Shown here piece by piece: positions 39,075 to 53,190 of a DNA stretch of 64,000 bases; the stretch's first letter is position 1; each line of letters begins with the position of its first letter. The position numbers and the translations under genes were made by a program. This DNA comes from Octopus bimaculoides. Taxonomy: Eukaryota. Below the pieces are notes generated by a model. That model searched no databases and was not told where the DNA came from. It saw only the letters and a list, made by a program, of their open reading frames with translations. The DNA is taken from contig NC_068998.1 in the NCBI RefSeq assembly GCF_001194135.2, forward strand, positions 53,941,945-54,005,944, read 5' to 3'.

Positions 39075-41381
39075 GCACAGATAATGGTCATTACATAATA
39101 CTTTAGTGTAGCAAATTTGACTTCCAGCTGTTTCATTATAATCGTTATAAATTTGTTATTGATTGGTTTTCTCAGTCTGCCGATTGATCAGTTGATAAAA
39201 ATTGAACGGCCCAGAGAATTAATACTACGTTTGTCAGCCCCCCGCGCGCGCGCGCGCGTGTGTGTGTGTGTAAATGTATATGTTTATACAGGAATAGCAA
39301 AGAGGGAGAGAGAAACGATTGCGTAATGATATGTAGATAATAAGGAGAAAAATGAATATTCGAAATACTGACAATTTTTTTCCCCTGCCACAGACTCCGT
39401 GTTTCTTTTCTATACTTAGTAGAGAAATTACGTAACAATTTTACGCATCAATTTAAATCATGGCGTTTCTTGTAGCTTCAATAATTTGCATATGGCATTT
39501 ATAACAATAATTGAGAACGATCGAATATTAATTGGTTCTGACAGATCGACTATTGCTTAGAAATAGTTGCAAAATAGCTAATAAGCAATTAAGTAGGAGG
39601 GAAGATGTGAAATAGCCTTCAAGTTATTTTCTATTCTTGATATAGTTTAAAGCATCAAACGGAAATGAAGAAGTCTGAAATTATAATTTTCTCAGATATT
39701 GTTTGACAGGAAAGTAGATTACGGTATATATGGATGCATGTATGTACGCATATAGGCCTATTATATATATATANNNNNNNNNNNNNNNNNNNNNNNNNNN
39801 NNNNNNNNNNNNNNNNNNNNNNNNNNNNNNNNNNNNNNNNNNNNNNNNNNNNNNNNNNNNNNNNNNNNNNNNNNNNNNNNNNNNNNNNNNNNNNNNNNNN
39901 NNNNNNNNNNNNNNNNNNNNNNNNNNNNNNNNNNNNNNNNNNNNNNNNNNNNNNNNNNNNNNNNNNNNNNNNNNNNNNNNNNNNNNNNNNNNNNNNNNNN
40001 NNNNNNNNNNNNNNNNNNNNNNNNNNNNNNNNNNNNNNNNNNNNNNNNNNNNNNNNNNNNNNNNNNNNNNNNNNNNNNNNNNNNNNNNNNNNNNNNNNNN
40101 NNNNNNNNNNNNNNNNNNNNNNNNNNNNNNNNNNNNNNNNNNNNNNNNNNNNNNNNNNNNNNNNNNNNNNNNNNNNNNNNNNNNNNNNNNNNNNNNNNNN
40201 NNNNNNNNNNNNNNNNNNNNNNNNNNNNNNNNNNNNNNNNNNNNNNNNNNNNNNNNNNNNNNNNNNNNNNNNNNNNNNNNNNNNNNNNNNNNNNNNNNNN
40301 NNNNNNNNNNNNNNNNNNNNNNNNNNNNNNNNNNNNNNNNNNNNNNNNNNNNNNNNNNNNNNNNNNNNNNNNNNNNNNNNNNNNNNNNNNNNNNNNNNNN
40401 NNNNNNNNNNNNNNNNNNNNNNNNNNNNNNNNNNNNNNNNNNNNNNNNNNNNNNNNNNNNNNNNNNNNNNNNNNNNNNNNNNNNNNNNNNNNNNNNNNNN
40501 NNNNNNNNNNNNNNNNNNNNNNNNNNNNNNNNNNNNNNNNNNNATATATATATATATACATATACATATATCAAAGTAAAAAGATAATAGATGCGTGATC
40601 ATTCCACAGGATTTCATAAAGAGCTCACCTCATGCAAAGTCTGTACAATAATTAACCTTCATAAAATTTAGAAGCTTCCTTTTGATCTCCCATAAATTCA
40701 ACAACGGGCTTGTCTACTCTTAAAAATGATCCCATCACATTATCTTCTGAAATGTAGCGTAAACTACTCATCTGGTGAATATTGACAATATTGTAGTGAC
40801 AAATAACAGGAAGTGATTTGCAGTAGATGCAAATGATGACAACATAAATATTAGAATTGGTACAATCTACGATAGCATTTCGAAAGCATTCAACGGTTAA
40901 CTCTTGGGAAATTTCATGGTTTATTTTAAGTGCAGAGTATCACATCTTTGTTTATAGATATATATTTCGTTACTAATATATTTTTCATATTCAATCTAGT
41001 TTTTAATGCAAATCTCCATTGGATAACAACGCTACAAGTTAATGTTTATTTTTTTCTGTTCTTTCCTTCCGTTTTCTTATCTATACACTGTATTATGTGT
41101 TGTCATGATCTCTTGTTGTAAGTGCCGGACTAATCGTCGTGAGAATATCGTAGTTGTTTGTTTTATGGGAAGGCGAAATTCTTGAATCTTGCAATGTACA
41201 GTTTTACAAGAATACAATTCTATTGAAATTTGAATGTGACACAGCTTGTCCAAAATACGTTCTGCTGCAATTTATATTGAAGTGAATTTTGTGGACACAC
41301 ACATACACACACATACACACACACAAACATGCATACGCACATGCATGCATACGCACATGCATGCATACATACACAAACAGA

Positions 41382-41431
<50 letters not shown>

Positions 41432-41435
<4 letters not shown>

Positions 41436-41595
41436 TGGCTATGTAGTAAGTAGCTTGCTTACCAACCACATGGTTCCGGATTCAGTCCCACTGCGTGGCA
41501 CCTTGGGCAAGTGTCTTCTACTATTGTCTCGGGCTGACCAAAGCCTTGTCAGTGGATTTGGTAGACAGAAACTGAAAGAAGCCCGTCATATATAT
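41432..41595 (+). mobile_element. SINE family B, well-preserved 5' half (tRNA-derived head plus CORE-like segment)
   Basis: A-box-like TGGCTATGTAGTAAG and B-box-like GGATTCAGTCCC. CCTTGGGCAAGTG resembles the CORE-SINE central motif. Confidence 0.9.
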
Positions 41596-41619
41596 ATATC
41601 TATATATGCATATAGTTTA

Positions 41620-42760
41620 CACTATTTCAGACGTTGTAAACTTTTTTCTGAGGTTGTTTCTTCCGTAAGATTGGCATTCAAGATATTTTCCTCGTAAATA
41701 TTTTGTTCTTCAAGCGCTAGAAGTGAATCATTAGCGAAGTCCTTTCAATGAAAGTCGATGAATATTATCTCTACCGAGAGTTGCATTTGTTAGTCCTTTT
41801 TTTTTTCTATTCTGAACTCACATTATGCAATTGCTTGAGTCTGTGATTCGAAACCTGGAATATCATTTGCCAGATACGATCAAAAAATATTGCTACATAA
41901 AACACATTAATAGCAAGACACCTGAATGATTTCGATTGCATCTCTGATTGTATAAAGTTTCCAAAATGTTGATAATGAAACAGCTTTTCCCCTGTTGTAA
42001 ATTTAACAGCATTTCCCAAAATATTAGAACTTTCAAGTGAGAATTACACCTTCGGCCTTTCGTTGTGGTAAGGACGTTATATTTGATGGCAGCTGATGCA
42101 CTTTTATTTTTATACGCTCGTTTGAGTCCGATAATGAAAATGGATGACCTGCTGCATTGTCTAATAAACAGAACATTAAAATCTAGGTTATCATCTTTAC
42201 AGTACCCTTCAACTCGGGGTGAAAAATCATTTGTAAACGATCTGCAAATAATTCTCTGGAGATCCATGCCTTCTAACTTAATCACCATGATACTGAATGT
42301 TGGAAAGTTTTAATACACCCGTAAATCTCTAAGGTTTTCAAATCGTGACACAACGCTAGTCTTAAATGACAGTACCACACAATAAAAATGTCTAATCCTT
42401 TACAGCTTTCTACACTGCTTAACGCTTTTCTTTTTCTTTTTCCATCAAACATGTTAGCATTAGCATTTTCCCTATCCAATCCTATTTCGGCAACATTAAA
42501 GATATGTCTATCCATCTTCGTCAATAATTTTTGTTTACTTCAACCGGAAATTTTGTAGTTGCATTTTTATACGTAGTTGCAAGTTCACCAGGAATGTATA
42601 TATTATATAGCCCTGAACTTTATTTAAAGTGAGAGAACCATCTTCAACTTCTATTAGATTCTTTTTTTCCCAGCCATTCTTTTGTTTTGGAGACAGACAT
42701 CTTTAACTCGAACGATTCATTGCTTTAATTTAATTCCTTATAAGATTGCAGTCTTCAGTC
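41620..42760 (-). pseudogene. pogo/Tigger-family (CENP-B/DDE_1-type) transposase fossil
   Basis: Colinear motifs across frameshifts: RWFSHFK..GL.N...GE, IFNVAEIGL, KAWISRELFAD.FTNDFSPRVEGYCKDDNLDF, LLDNAAGHP, IKVHQLPSNITSLPQRKAEGVI, FWKLYTIRDAI, then an acidic tail. Multiple stops. Confidence 0.9.
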
Positions 42761-42769
42761 CAGCAATTC

Positions 42770-42940
42770 TTAGGAGAGGCAGATCTCCGGTTACATCGAC
42801 CCCAACGCATGATTTGTACTTATTTTACCATAAAAAGGACGAAAGGTAAAGTCGACTTCATCAACGTTTGTATTCAGGAAGTCAAAAGCCGGAAATAATG
42901 CCGCTAAACATTTTGTCCGGCGCGATAACGATTCCACCAT
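42770..42940 (-). mobile_element. SINE family A, diverged copy
   Basis: ttacatcgacccca...gaaaggtaaagtcgact...ccgctaaacattttgtccggcgcgataacgattcc...ctcgcca. Confidence 0.85.
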
Positions 42941-44283
42941 CTCGCCACTTTTGTTAATTCATTCTACAACTAATTTTTTAACGAAGTATTTTTTTTATTT
43001 TGTTAAAGATATTACAAGTATTATTTGTTATGAAAGATAATAGTATTTACCTCATACCACACTCAAAGTCGTTTTTAAAAAGTGGAATGACTCATTAGAT
43101 GAGGACGGCCTAAGATTCATTGTAATTAAAAGCTAGGACATGGTGGTTACGGCTGGAATGTATTTGATCACACATCCAATTGCTTCAAAACATTAACTGC
43201 AATTTACATTGTATAGACATGGACATTGAAAAGCGAACCAACAAAGATATCTCTAAGTAATCGCTCACGTTTCGATTAGCAGCTAAATCTCCCTATTTTT
43301 GCAATGAAAGAATTAGGTATTGAATAATTCGGTGTTTGGTATACAAAACGACAGGATGGTCATTGTTAGAACATCGTTGATCTCAGGCTCATTCAATAGT
43401 ATCGACAGGTAATCTTAACAACAACAATGACAATTAGCGAAGATTTGGGATTTTGGTATGAAATTGATTGGGAGCAAGAAAGTCACCGAAGAAACCTGTT
43501 AAAACGACATTGAAGGACTTATGCTATTCTACTGCAAAATGTCTACCGCCATCTTATGAATTGCATTTGCCATTTACATCTCCAAACATGATTAACGAAC
43601 TGCTTTCTATGTTTTGACTAGAAGTAGTGTTATGGTTCGGTTTATGTTAAAAACATATCTACTTAGAAAAAGCAGACGATATAAAATTGAAATTTGCCTG
43701 CGAAAAAAAAAAAAAAAAAGATAAAGAAGATATTTTATATTTACGAGAATATTATTACAAAGATAAAATATTAAATGTCACGATTTCTATGAATAACAAA
43801 ATTATAGGCTAATGAAGAAGAATCTATCGCTGAATATAGCAGTGGTGGCGGTGATTGTGCTGTTTGTGCATGTGAGAATTATACTATCATGTCGTGGATG
43901 TTGCTTTAACTGTAAGTTCATTTAAGCTGCTTCAATAGTTTCCAAACGTGCAAATATTAATTGAATATATTTATTGTATGACTGCAGTAATAAGTTTAGC
44001 TCTGCTCTCTTTCTTTCTCTCCCTCACTTTCTTTCTCTCTTCCCCCCTCTCTCCCTCTCATTCACACATACATACACATGCACTTTGCATCAGCAATATT
44101 TCCCCTCCCTTCTCTCTCGCGCGATGTATTTATATATCCGTCAGTGTAATGGCGAATTACTAACAAGATAGGCATATCGGAGATAACGATAATGATTTAT
44201 GCAATAAATACATATATATCATACATAGAAACACGCATACAAATATGTCCGTACATATTTACAAGTGTAAAAACACACACACA

Positions 44284-44348
<65 letters not shown>

Positions 44349-44424
44349 ACACACACATACAAACATACATATGAAAACGTAAATGTGCGTACGTGTATGA
44401 TTATTCATGTACAGATACACGATA

Positions 44425-44462
<38 letters not shown>

Positions 44463-44694
44463 TGTGCGTGCGTGCATGTGTGTGTGTGTGTGTGCGTGCG
44501 TGCGTGTGCGCGTGTGTGTGTGTGTGTGTGCGTGTGTGTTTAAGTAAGTGAATTTTGAATGATTATTTTATAGCATTTGCAATTGATATTTCCCCGGCTC
44601 AATTCTATTTTGATTATATACATAATTTACAGCTTTTATCGATAATGTAACTTCAATTAACTTGAACATTTCCAAGATTTTGATTGCAAACTAA

Positions 44695-44708
44695 TAATAA
44701 TAATAATC

Positions 44709-44780
<72 letters not shown>
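44695..44780. repeat. (TAA)n microsatellite
   Basis: Visible run. Confidence 0.97.
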
Positions 44781-44781
<1 letters not shown>

Positions 44782-46328
44782 ACGCAGCCAAATCGGAGAA
44801 AATCATTTCTGATTTCTGGATATCACATGAAATATTCTAATTATATATTTCCAGTTTCTTTTATTAATTATCTTCCACTAAGAGACTTGCAGGTAGCCAT
44901 ACGGTTGAAACGAGAGTGTCTTTCGTATTCCCAATGTTACAATGATGGCGTCAGTGGTTTCTCATTCTGTTTTTAAGAAATATCTTTGCCAAAGAAAATC
45001 ACGGTTATTGGAAATGAGGGTAAACCGAAAGCAATTTCATGGTTTAATCAGTTGGACAGGCCCCTATCCTCGGTTTGCAAGATCACCGAGCCTGGTGGTC
45101 AACATAGCGGAAGACACAGCAAACGGTGCTAAAACTTGAGGTGGAGGTTCGAATTCGAGCAACGGATACGATCCCACCGAGGATGGATCTTACTACTTTC
45201 AATCTTCGCAATTTTGTTGATACGGCTTTGCTCAATTTCGCAGAACAAGAAAACCTTTATCCGCGCATTTCTGAGATACAGAAGGAAGATGTTATGCTGA
45301 TAGCTAATGTAGGCAACAGCAACAACAACAACGAAAACAATAACAGTCAGATGTGTTGGTTTGGGCATTGCATAGTTAATTAATGATTCGTTAGTTTGAT
45401 GCGTTTTTGTTAGAATACCCCTATGGGATTGGACCTGTTATACAAGTATTCAGAGAGCGGCTTTGTTCAGCCAGTACCATCACACACACAGACTCACACG
45501 CACCCACATGTGTATGTATGCATATATATATATATATATATATGTAGTGCCACGTCACGTAGACATTTATACACCAGCACGCACATATACACACAATATG
45601 AAGTAGCTGTGGGAGTTGTCTGTCTTCCGAAATTGTAAAGCTTTCGTTTATTTCATTTGATTATGTTTGCGTTTTTTCTTTCTTCATATAATTTCGATAA
45701 TTTTGTTTTTACACACAAGTTTGTAACAGCATCTAATTTTTTTCATACACTACCAAAAAGAATATAAAATGATTGTAAAACGCTTAATTATAAAATTGAT
45801 TGATTGAATTAATCTGCCTCCTTTTCTTCATCTCCTTTTCCCTCTTCTTCAGCTTCTTCCTCTTTTTCCTATTCTTCTTCCGCTTTTTCTTTTGACGTAT
45901 GCTTCTCCTTCCCCTTCACTTTCGTTGGCTTTTTTAATTGTTACTATTAAGTATATTTTATTATTATTAATTATATGCTGAACACATTAGATTAAAATAT
46001 TCTTATAATTCGTTATCAAGCTGTCATGTGATTGACACATTCGCTTCAGACTCACGTGTTTCCGAGATCGATCCAAGACAGTCACTATTAACCCAGTTCC
46101 CTTCTACCATAGTAACAGGCTCATCTATGCACTTCAATCTGATACCCACCAGCAATCCGGGAACACGTTGTTGATATATATGCGTGTGTGTATATACACA
46201 CACACATATGTATGTATGTATGGACGATAAATCAAACCCCAACGCGACTTGTGTTGGAGTGCGTCGGCAAGATTGGGTTATTTAATAACATTAACGTAAA
46301 GAGTACGAGGAATATGAGTGGAAAGAAG

Positions 46329-46504
46329 AAAATCCAACGTTTCCGACAGATCCCCTTCTTCAGAGAAAAGTAAACAGGAGAGAAATTAAGGAGAGACGGC
46401 AAAGTTTTCCATTTTCTGAGTTACAAAAGCGTTGTTTACTGTCTTTAATTTCTTTCCTGCATAATTATCTGTGAAGAAGAACTTTTTCCGAAACGCTGGA
46501 TTTT
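46329..46504. mobile_element. Imperfect inverted repeat whose two arms are degenerate minimal hammerhead-like motifs facing outward
   Basis: Minus strand 46366-46329 reads TCT-CTGAAGA-A-GGGGATCTGTCG-GAAAC-GT-T-GGATTTT. Plus strand 46468-46504 reads TCT-GTGAAGA-A-GAACTTTTTCC-GAAAC-GC-T-GGATTTT. Confidence 0.5.
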
Positions 46505-46540
46505 TCAATTCTCACAGTAATTTCACTGTACCCTTTTGTA

Positions 46541-46576
<36 letters not shown>

Positions 46577-46739
46577 AGTTCGATGTTCGTATATCGAATC
46601 GCACACAGGTTGACTTTTTTACATTCATCATTTCAGGACCGATAAAATTACTGGTCTCAAAGTTTGACAGAAGACCAGCAATACGAAATGTGGGATTTTC
46701 TCGATTACATCGACCCACCCCCTCCCCGCCAGAACTTAA

Positions 46740-46846
46740 CTATCATTTATTTTGTAGACCCCAAGTTGAAGCGGACGTCAGCGGAATTTGAACTCAGAAA
46801 ATAGCTAAGCATTTTGTCAGACGCGCTAACGATTCTACTTGCTCCC
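46740..46846 (-). mobile_element. SINE family A, partial
   Basis: gcggaatttgaactcagaa...ctaagcattttgtcagacgcgctaacgattct. Confidence 0.8.
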
Positions 46847-47435
46847 TTCAAGGATCGATAAAATAATATAAACTTATGAATACGTAATGCCGGTCAAACT
46901 AATCAATTACCCTCCATAATATATGCGTTTTATGCCAAATGTAAAATATCTGCTTCACCAGTCGACAGAATCCGCCAAAGTCTCCGGTTATCTGTCAAGA
47001 TACAATCGTACGTTGTTATCTATGGAAGCACGATATATTGTTATAGTATTTCCTACTTTAGGAACCATCAACTGTATTTCCTTTCTCTGCTCTTTCTCAT
47101 TCCAGCAGTCTTGTGGGGTGGGCATGTAAAGATCATAAGTGCTCTCTGTTCCTCACTGATGAGGATATGTAGTCATTTTTAGCAGTAATTACTCGTCTCT
47201 TTTTTTTTTCAGATAGAATGAGAAAGCGTTTTTTAAACTTTGGTGTTTATGTCCCAGTTTTCATAGGACGCTTCATATGAATTCTATGGCGTCAGATTAC
47301 AGTCAACTTCCTCTTATCCGGCCTCAAATAACTGGAATCTCAAGCAACCGGCACCAAGAAACGGAAAAGTAATAATAAAAGAAAATGTGTATTTATTTAG
47401 AGTCACAATTAATTAATAGCGACAGAAGCGGTACT

Positions 47436-47610
47436 AATATCCTTTCTACCATAGGCACAGGCCCTGAAATTTGAGGGGAGCGGGTTAAGTCGATTACGTC
47501 GACCCCAGTGTGTAATTGGTACTTATCTAATCGCCCCCCCCCCCCCAAAGGACGAAAGCCAAAGTAGACCTAAGCGGAATTTGAACTCAGAACGTAGAGT
47601 CAGACAAAAA
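47436..47610 (-). mobile_element. SINE family A, 3' two-thirds
   Basis: cctttctaccataggcacaggccctgaaattt...gtcgattacgtcgaccccag...gcggaatttgaactcagaacgta. Confidence 0.88.
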
Positions 47611-48419
47611 AACAGTACTAATATCAAAAGGTAACATTTATTAAAGTGGACGCTGTATTTAAATACAGAAGACTGCGTTATTCACCACGAAAGAACCTCT
47701 CGTACAGACAAACACCGCATCCGCTTTAAGAGGCTCGTAAATATTACATTTTGCTGTTATTGTTTATGTCGCTTTCAAATATTTTAATAAGTAACTCAAT
47801 GGTTATTTGCGTCACTAGTGTCTAAATAGACTCAGAAGTTCTATTATATTGCTGATGGAGGGATCGACTGCTATGTCTAGCCGAATATCTGTCTTTCATA
47901 AGGCCAAGAACGGCCAAGGAATTTCGGTGGGCGTAGAGAGTGGTTCTCGCCCGCGAGTGATATAAACATGAGTGCTTCTATGCACCACAAATTCGTATGA
48001 ATGGTTCCCTCATGGTAAATAACGCAGAATTCTGTCTTCTAACACAACGTTCATTTTAGGTCGGAGATACATATTACCTTTTAGAGGCGACAGAATTTGT
48101 GCTAATTTTATTATTAATTATTTTATGTTTTTTTTCTTAATTTATTAATTTTGATTTATTCATGTTAATTAATTGTCGTTAATAGACCGTTTGCATTGTA
48201 TCTAAAATAGACCATGACTTCTCAAATCACAATAGAGTATTTTATTTCTGTCTGCATTTTATTAGGTTAATAAAACTTGTTCTTTACTGAAATTATGCTT
48301 TTTATTTTATTTTCCTAATTCTTTTATTTCTGCTTTATTCAGTATCTTAATAATAATACTGATATTTACAGAGAGATTTTTGTTGACTTTGGTAAGGTGC
48401 TATGGTAATTTAAAAAGTT

Positions 48420-48500
48420 TATTTTTCAGACATCCGATAAATTCACTTATCCGGCAACGCTCGGGTCCCAGTATTGCCGGATAGTTGAGAGTTTACTATA
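48420..48500 (-). mobile_element. Isolated Tigger/pogo-type MITE terminus
   Basis: The minus strand reads TA(T)AGTAAACTCTCAACTATCCGGCAA, with a subterminal palindrome TATCCGGCAA...TTGCCGGATA. No partner TIR was found. Confidence 0.5.
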
Positions 48501-49269
48501 CTTGAGAAGCTTTTGTTAAATTCTATTTGAATAGTGAGCAATTCAAATCTGAACAATGTTACATTTATTTCTATATTTTGTAATTTCATAGATGCACCAG
48601 ACGGTTAAACGCCAAGAGCTTTGTGGCAGCATTCTAACTGCGTTGAGATTCCTTTTGTTTGTTCATTTCCAGTTAAGATCCGGATGAGTACCTTTTTAAA
48701 TTGCGATGAACGTTTGATCTGAAGAGAACTAAAAATAACAAATATATGTTCATTGACTTGTCTGTGTTTGTGTGCGCGCGTGTGTATATGTGTGTGGAAA
48801 TGAAAATAAAAGAAAGTGAACTGTTTCATATAAAATAATGTTGTTTTAAGATTTTGAAATGTTACATGAAACAACAAAAGTAATTATGAATAAAATCACA
48901 ACATAATCAAGTTATTAATGTATCAGGCTAACAGTGAAAGGTCGGTATTAGAAGATATACGGTTGAAGATTTGTATAATGATACGAGTTCTTGACTGTAC
49001 CAATAACCAAGACATTGACATTTTCTTAATCCAACCCTATTAGCTGTAAGTAGAAATCATAGCTGAGATACATCACCAAGCAATAAGAAGCGGGAGCACT
49101 GTTGCATAGTCTAGAAACTTATCATTAGCTTCGAGCCCTCAGTTCATGTCATCTTATGGAAAAGCTCCCTCCCTATTACTTCACTAACAAGAAATCCTGT
49201 TTTTACTAATCACGGTAAAGTACATTTTGTAATTCTAATATATGAAATGGCGAAGGCAGCGAGTTCAGA

Positions 49270-49305
<36 letters not shown>

Positions 49306-52083
49306 NNNNNNNNNNNNNNNNNNNNNNNNNNNNNNNNNNNNNNNNNNNNNNNNNNNNNNNNNNNNNNNNNNNNNNNNNNNNNNNNNNNNNNNNNNNNNNN
49401 NNNNNNNNNNNNGTGTGCGTGTGTGTGTGTGCGTGTGTGTGTGTGCGTGTGTGTGTGTTTGGTTTTAAAAATATTCAAGATATGTAAACAGTCTTCTATT
49501 GTATTGCTTCGTCGTGAGCTCTGTGCAAAGCCAACAATTTTTTGAAGTCGAAATATTGTCTTGTAATACAAATTGACATCAGTCCTCATCATGAGATGCT
49601 GGCTCTACAAAGGACGTGTTTGAGTGTTCATCATGTGATGTAATCAGAAACATTGGGACTTGAAATATGCGTTGCTTGAGAACAATTGGGTTGTATTGAA
49701 ATTAAATTTCCTGGCGGTGTTTAATATTCTCTCGTGAAATCATCCGTTAAATCAGTAAATCCTATCACATTAAATAAACAGTGGAAACGTATATCGTTCA
49801 AAATGAAACATTATTCATTTTATATGAGATGTTATTTCGTTTCCTATTTTCCCAATCAAAACCTAGAGTAATTAGTTTTCGTTAAATTATTTTACTTTAT
49901 CGGGATTTGCTTTGTTTTGTTTTTGTTTTTGTTTTTGTTTTTAGATAACACTGCTCTGCTCTGAAAAAGTTTATGTCCTTATTTAGTCTTCTTTGACATG
50001 GCTTTTTATTGAAACATCGTTAACAATAGACCAGCAAGAACAGATTCAAACATACATCTTATGTCCTCTTATCGGTCTGTCAGCTATATCAATACTTAAT
50101 TTCTTCTCTTTTATTCATGATTGTGTCAAAATTTATCCCAGTTTTACACAAATAATATCAGATCAGCAACGCCTGTAATTTAACAAGAGAACTGTTGATT
50201 AAGAATTTCCTTTCTGGGAGTGAAAGACAATAGAATTAAGATAATGTAGTTATAATGTTTGCTCAACTGGCGTTTTGTTGAGATAGACATTCTTTATAAA
50301 CAAGGCGACCAATCAACGTTAAGCCACTACAGCTAAGTCATAGAATAAACAAAAAACAAACTTATCTAAGAAAGCAAACAGTATCGAAAGAGAGGAGTAA
50401 GGAGCGAATGTAATTTATATACATTTAATGAATGTGAGCGATAAAATGGACGTGTGCGCGTCCATGTGTATGCATGTATATAAGTATATGTGTGTACGTA
50501 CACGTTTATTCCTCTATGGCTCTCATTGGCTGTTTGTGTGTTGGTGTGTGCATCTTACCCGAGCAGTATTTGTGATGACTGGCAAAGAAGGTAGTTAGCA
50601 AAGTAGATTATTTATTAAGAGACTCTAGAAAACCAGTTGAATTATTTGAGTAATCTTCGTCCATCTTGGATGTATGAAATGTCTATGTCACATTTCCTAA
50701 TCATTTGTTTCATATCAGACTTGAATAAACGTTGTGCTTCAACATCGCTGACTTTTCGAAAATGTCTCTAGAGCAACTTCTATTCGGTGGTAACGTTGAT
50801 GAAAACTCCACACCGAGCGTCAAACTCAACTAGCCATCACATGGCCAAAATATGTCTTAGTTGCTGAAAGTGGGTTGTAAATGATAAATCTGTTCCGCTC
50901 TCTATAACTGAAGATAAAATATTTTCGTCACTTTTTATCATAATGTTTATGTATCACGTTACATAAACGAAGAGAAGCCTTTTTTTTTTATATACCCACC
51001 GACCATACGTATGATAACAGGTAGAAATGAAAATCTATCTCTCGAATATCAAAGCAAAAGACTTCCCTTTCATCAATTTTTGACAAGACATTCACCAACT
51101 CCGAAAAACCTCATTTCAACAAAAGTGAATAACTTTTACCCCGTCCCAAATACCAATATCTGGCATCTTCTGCTTACACTAAGTTATTGTATTCATCAGC
51201 CTGTTCCATTAGTGTTCTGCATATTTTAAGGTGCGGATCACTTCCCTTCCTTGTGTGCTTTGGTATGACAATCAGAACAATCCTTATTGCAGGTAACATT
51301 GTCAACAATATTAGCGACAATGTGATGAATCATGGGAAGCTAATATCTTCCGGAGATTTTTGGATATGGAAACATTTTATCATAACCTGTAGAATCTGCA
51401 ACCATAGCAACCCCTCATTTTGATCAAGTATTTAAAGCCTGTCTCATATTCTTGTATAGCATTGCGGGTGATAAGTCTCGACTAACCCATTCTTCGAAAA
51501 CAGCTTCTGCCAGAATTTGAAACCATTGTCCTTATTAATATTCCAACTATTTTTATATAAATAATTTATTTTTATATTTTAGTATATCATTTTTAATATA
51601 TTTTATATGATATTATTGTTATTAATATTTATTTTTATTTTTTATCTATTTATTGTTTTCATAATCTTTATATTCACATCCTGTCCAGTTTTATATTCTT
51701 CCATATAATATCATTAATATTCATAGCAACATATCAATACTTGTTTGTTTGTTTATCTATATGCACGTGAAGATACACATTTTGTCCTCATGTGATTATA
51801 CTCCGTAATACCATATATTTTTTCTTTTCCTAAGCATGGGGAACCCGCGTCAACGAGGTGCCACATTCTAATCAGTTCTTATATTAGGCATTCAGTTCTT
51901 AAATATTTACATATACACACGAAAATATGTCACTCTACAGTTAGTTAATTTTATCATCGTCGTATGATCATCGTAATGGTTAAATTATTTGTAGAGATGA
52001 AAGAAAAATATCTACTTATAAGAGAGAACTAGATAGAGAAATACATAGATGCATACACAATTTCATATATAAATGTATGCATA

Positions 52084-52163
<80 letters not shown>

Positions 52164-52183
52164 NNNNNNNNNNNNNNNNNNNN

Positions 52184-52240
<57 letters not shown>

Positions 52241-52809
52241 CATACAGACATTACTGAACACAGCTGTAAATTCGAAATTTCAACTTGCTCGTCATTTGAA
52301 ACTGTTTGCGTCATCGAAACGCAACGAAACTTTGAAGTTACAGTCTGTCCCGTACTAGATACATCAGAAGATTCTAGTTTCAATACTGAATCATCTCAAG
52401 GTTGCTTGTTTGCTTTCTTTCCCTGTTTATGTATCCTTGTTTGTAATTGTTAAACTAAAGACTATTTATCTAATCAATTCATTACTGGTAATTCATTACC
52501 GTATTGTGTTTTGCAACCATTATAGACTACCAAGAAAACTCGTAGAAATAAACTTAAAACTGAAAAGACCGTACTGCTAACAGAAATGCAGGACACACTA
52601 TTGATTGATATACCAGTAATATACTTGGTAGTGCAGTATGACTGAACAACAAAATACAGTGTCTCTACCAGCAATAAATGTGTACGCATCAGTTATTAAG
52701 AATGTTTGATATGTAAATTGGTCCCTCCAATAGTGTTGCGCCCCTAAAGTTAGTGGCTATTTAAGCAATATGTTCGAGGATAGTTAAGGGATTGGATACT
52801 GCTATCTTA

Positions 52810-52915
52810 TTTTAGCAACTTCAGAAAGATGGAAGGCACTCAAAAGAATTTGAACCCGGAACGTAAAGATTCACATGAAATACCGTATGTCATTTTGGCT
52901 ATGAGTGCCAAACGT
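52810..52915 (-). mobile_element. SINE family A, old fragment
   Basis: agaaagatggaaggca...gaatttgaacccggaacgtaaag...aaataccg. Confidence 0.6.
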
Positions 52916-53190
52916 TTAATTATATTTATCGTAGTTTTACCCCCAGATTAGGCCTGAAATACCAAACGTGTAATCAGACTCCCTCTAACTCTGCCCAATC
53001 CGCTGGTGGTTTGGTATATTAGCCATTAACTGTGCTCAATACATTCTTTTTTGTTTAAGATGGTAAGCTATGCATTTAATGAGATGTGGTTGGTATTTCT
53101 AGCATGTGGTTTGATGACTCCGTGCTTTTTCAATGGTTTGTCCAGTCGCTTAGTTTTTGAAACCAAACAAACAAAGCTTTTCTTCTTGTC

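Noticed and set aside
41432-41510. tRNA-like sequences (also at 23653, 45092-45170 and 58600-58668)
   Set aside because: They have A/B boxes but no closed cloverleaf acceptor stem, and most continue into SINE bodies.
45126-45383. 85-aa ORF that looks protein-like
   Set aside because: It has a GTG start, begins in a tRNA-like SINE head (GGTTCGAATTC), ends in an (AAC)n repeat, and has no recognisable domain.
47156-47190. CTGATGAG motif (similar at 34668-34675 minus and 62945)
   Set aside because: No stem II closed by C-GAAA; this is the expected chance occurrence of a 7-mer.
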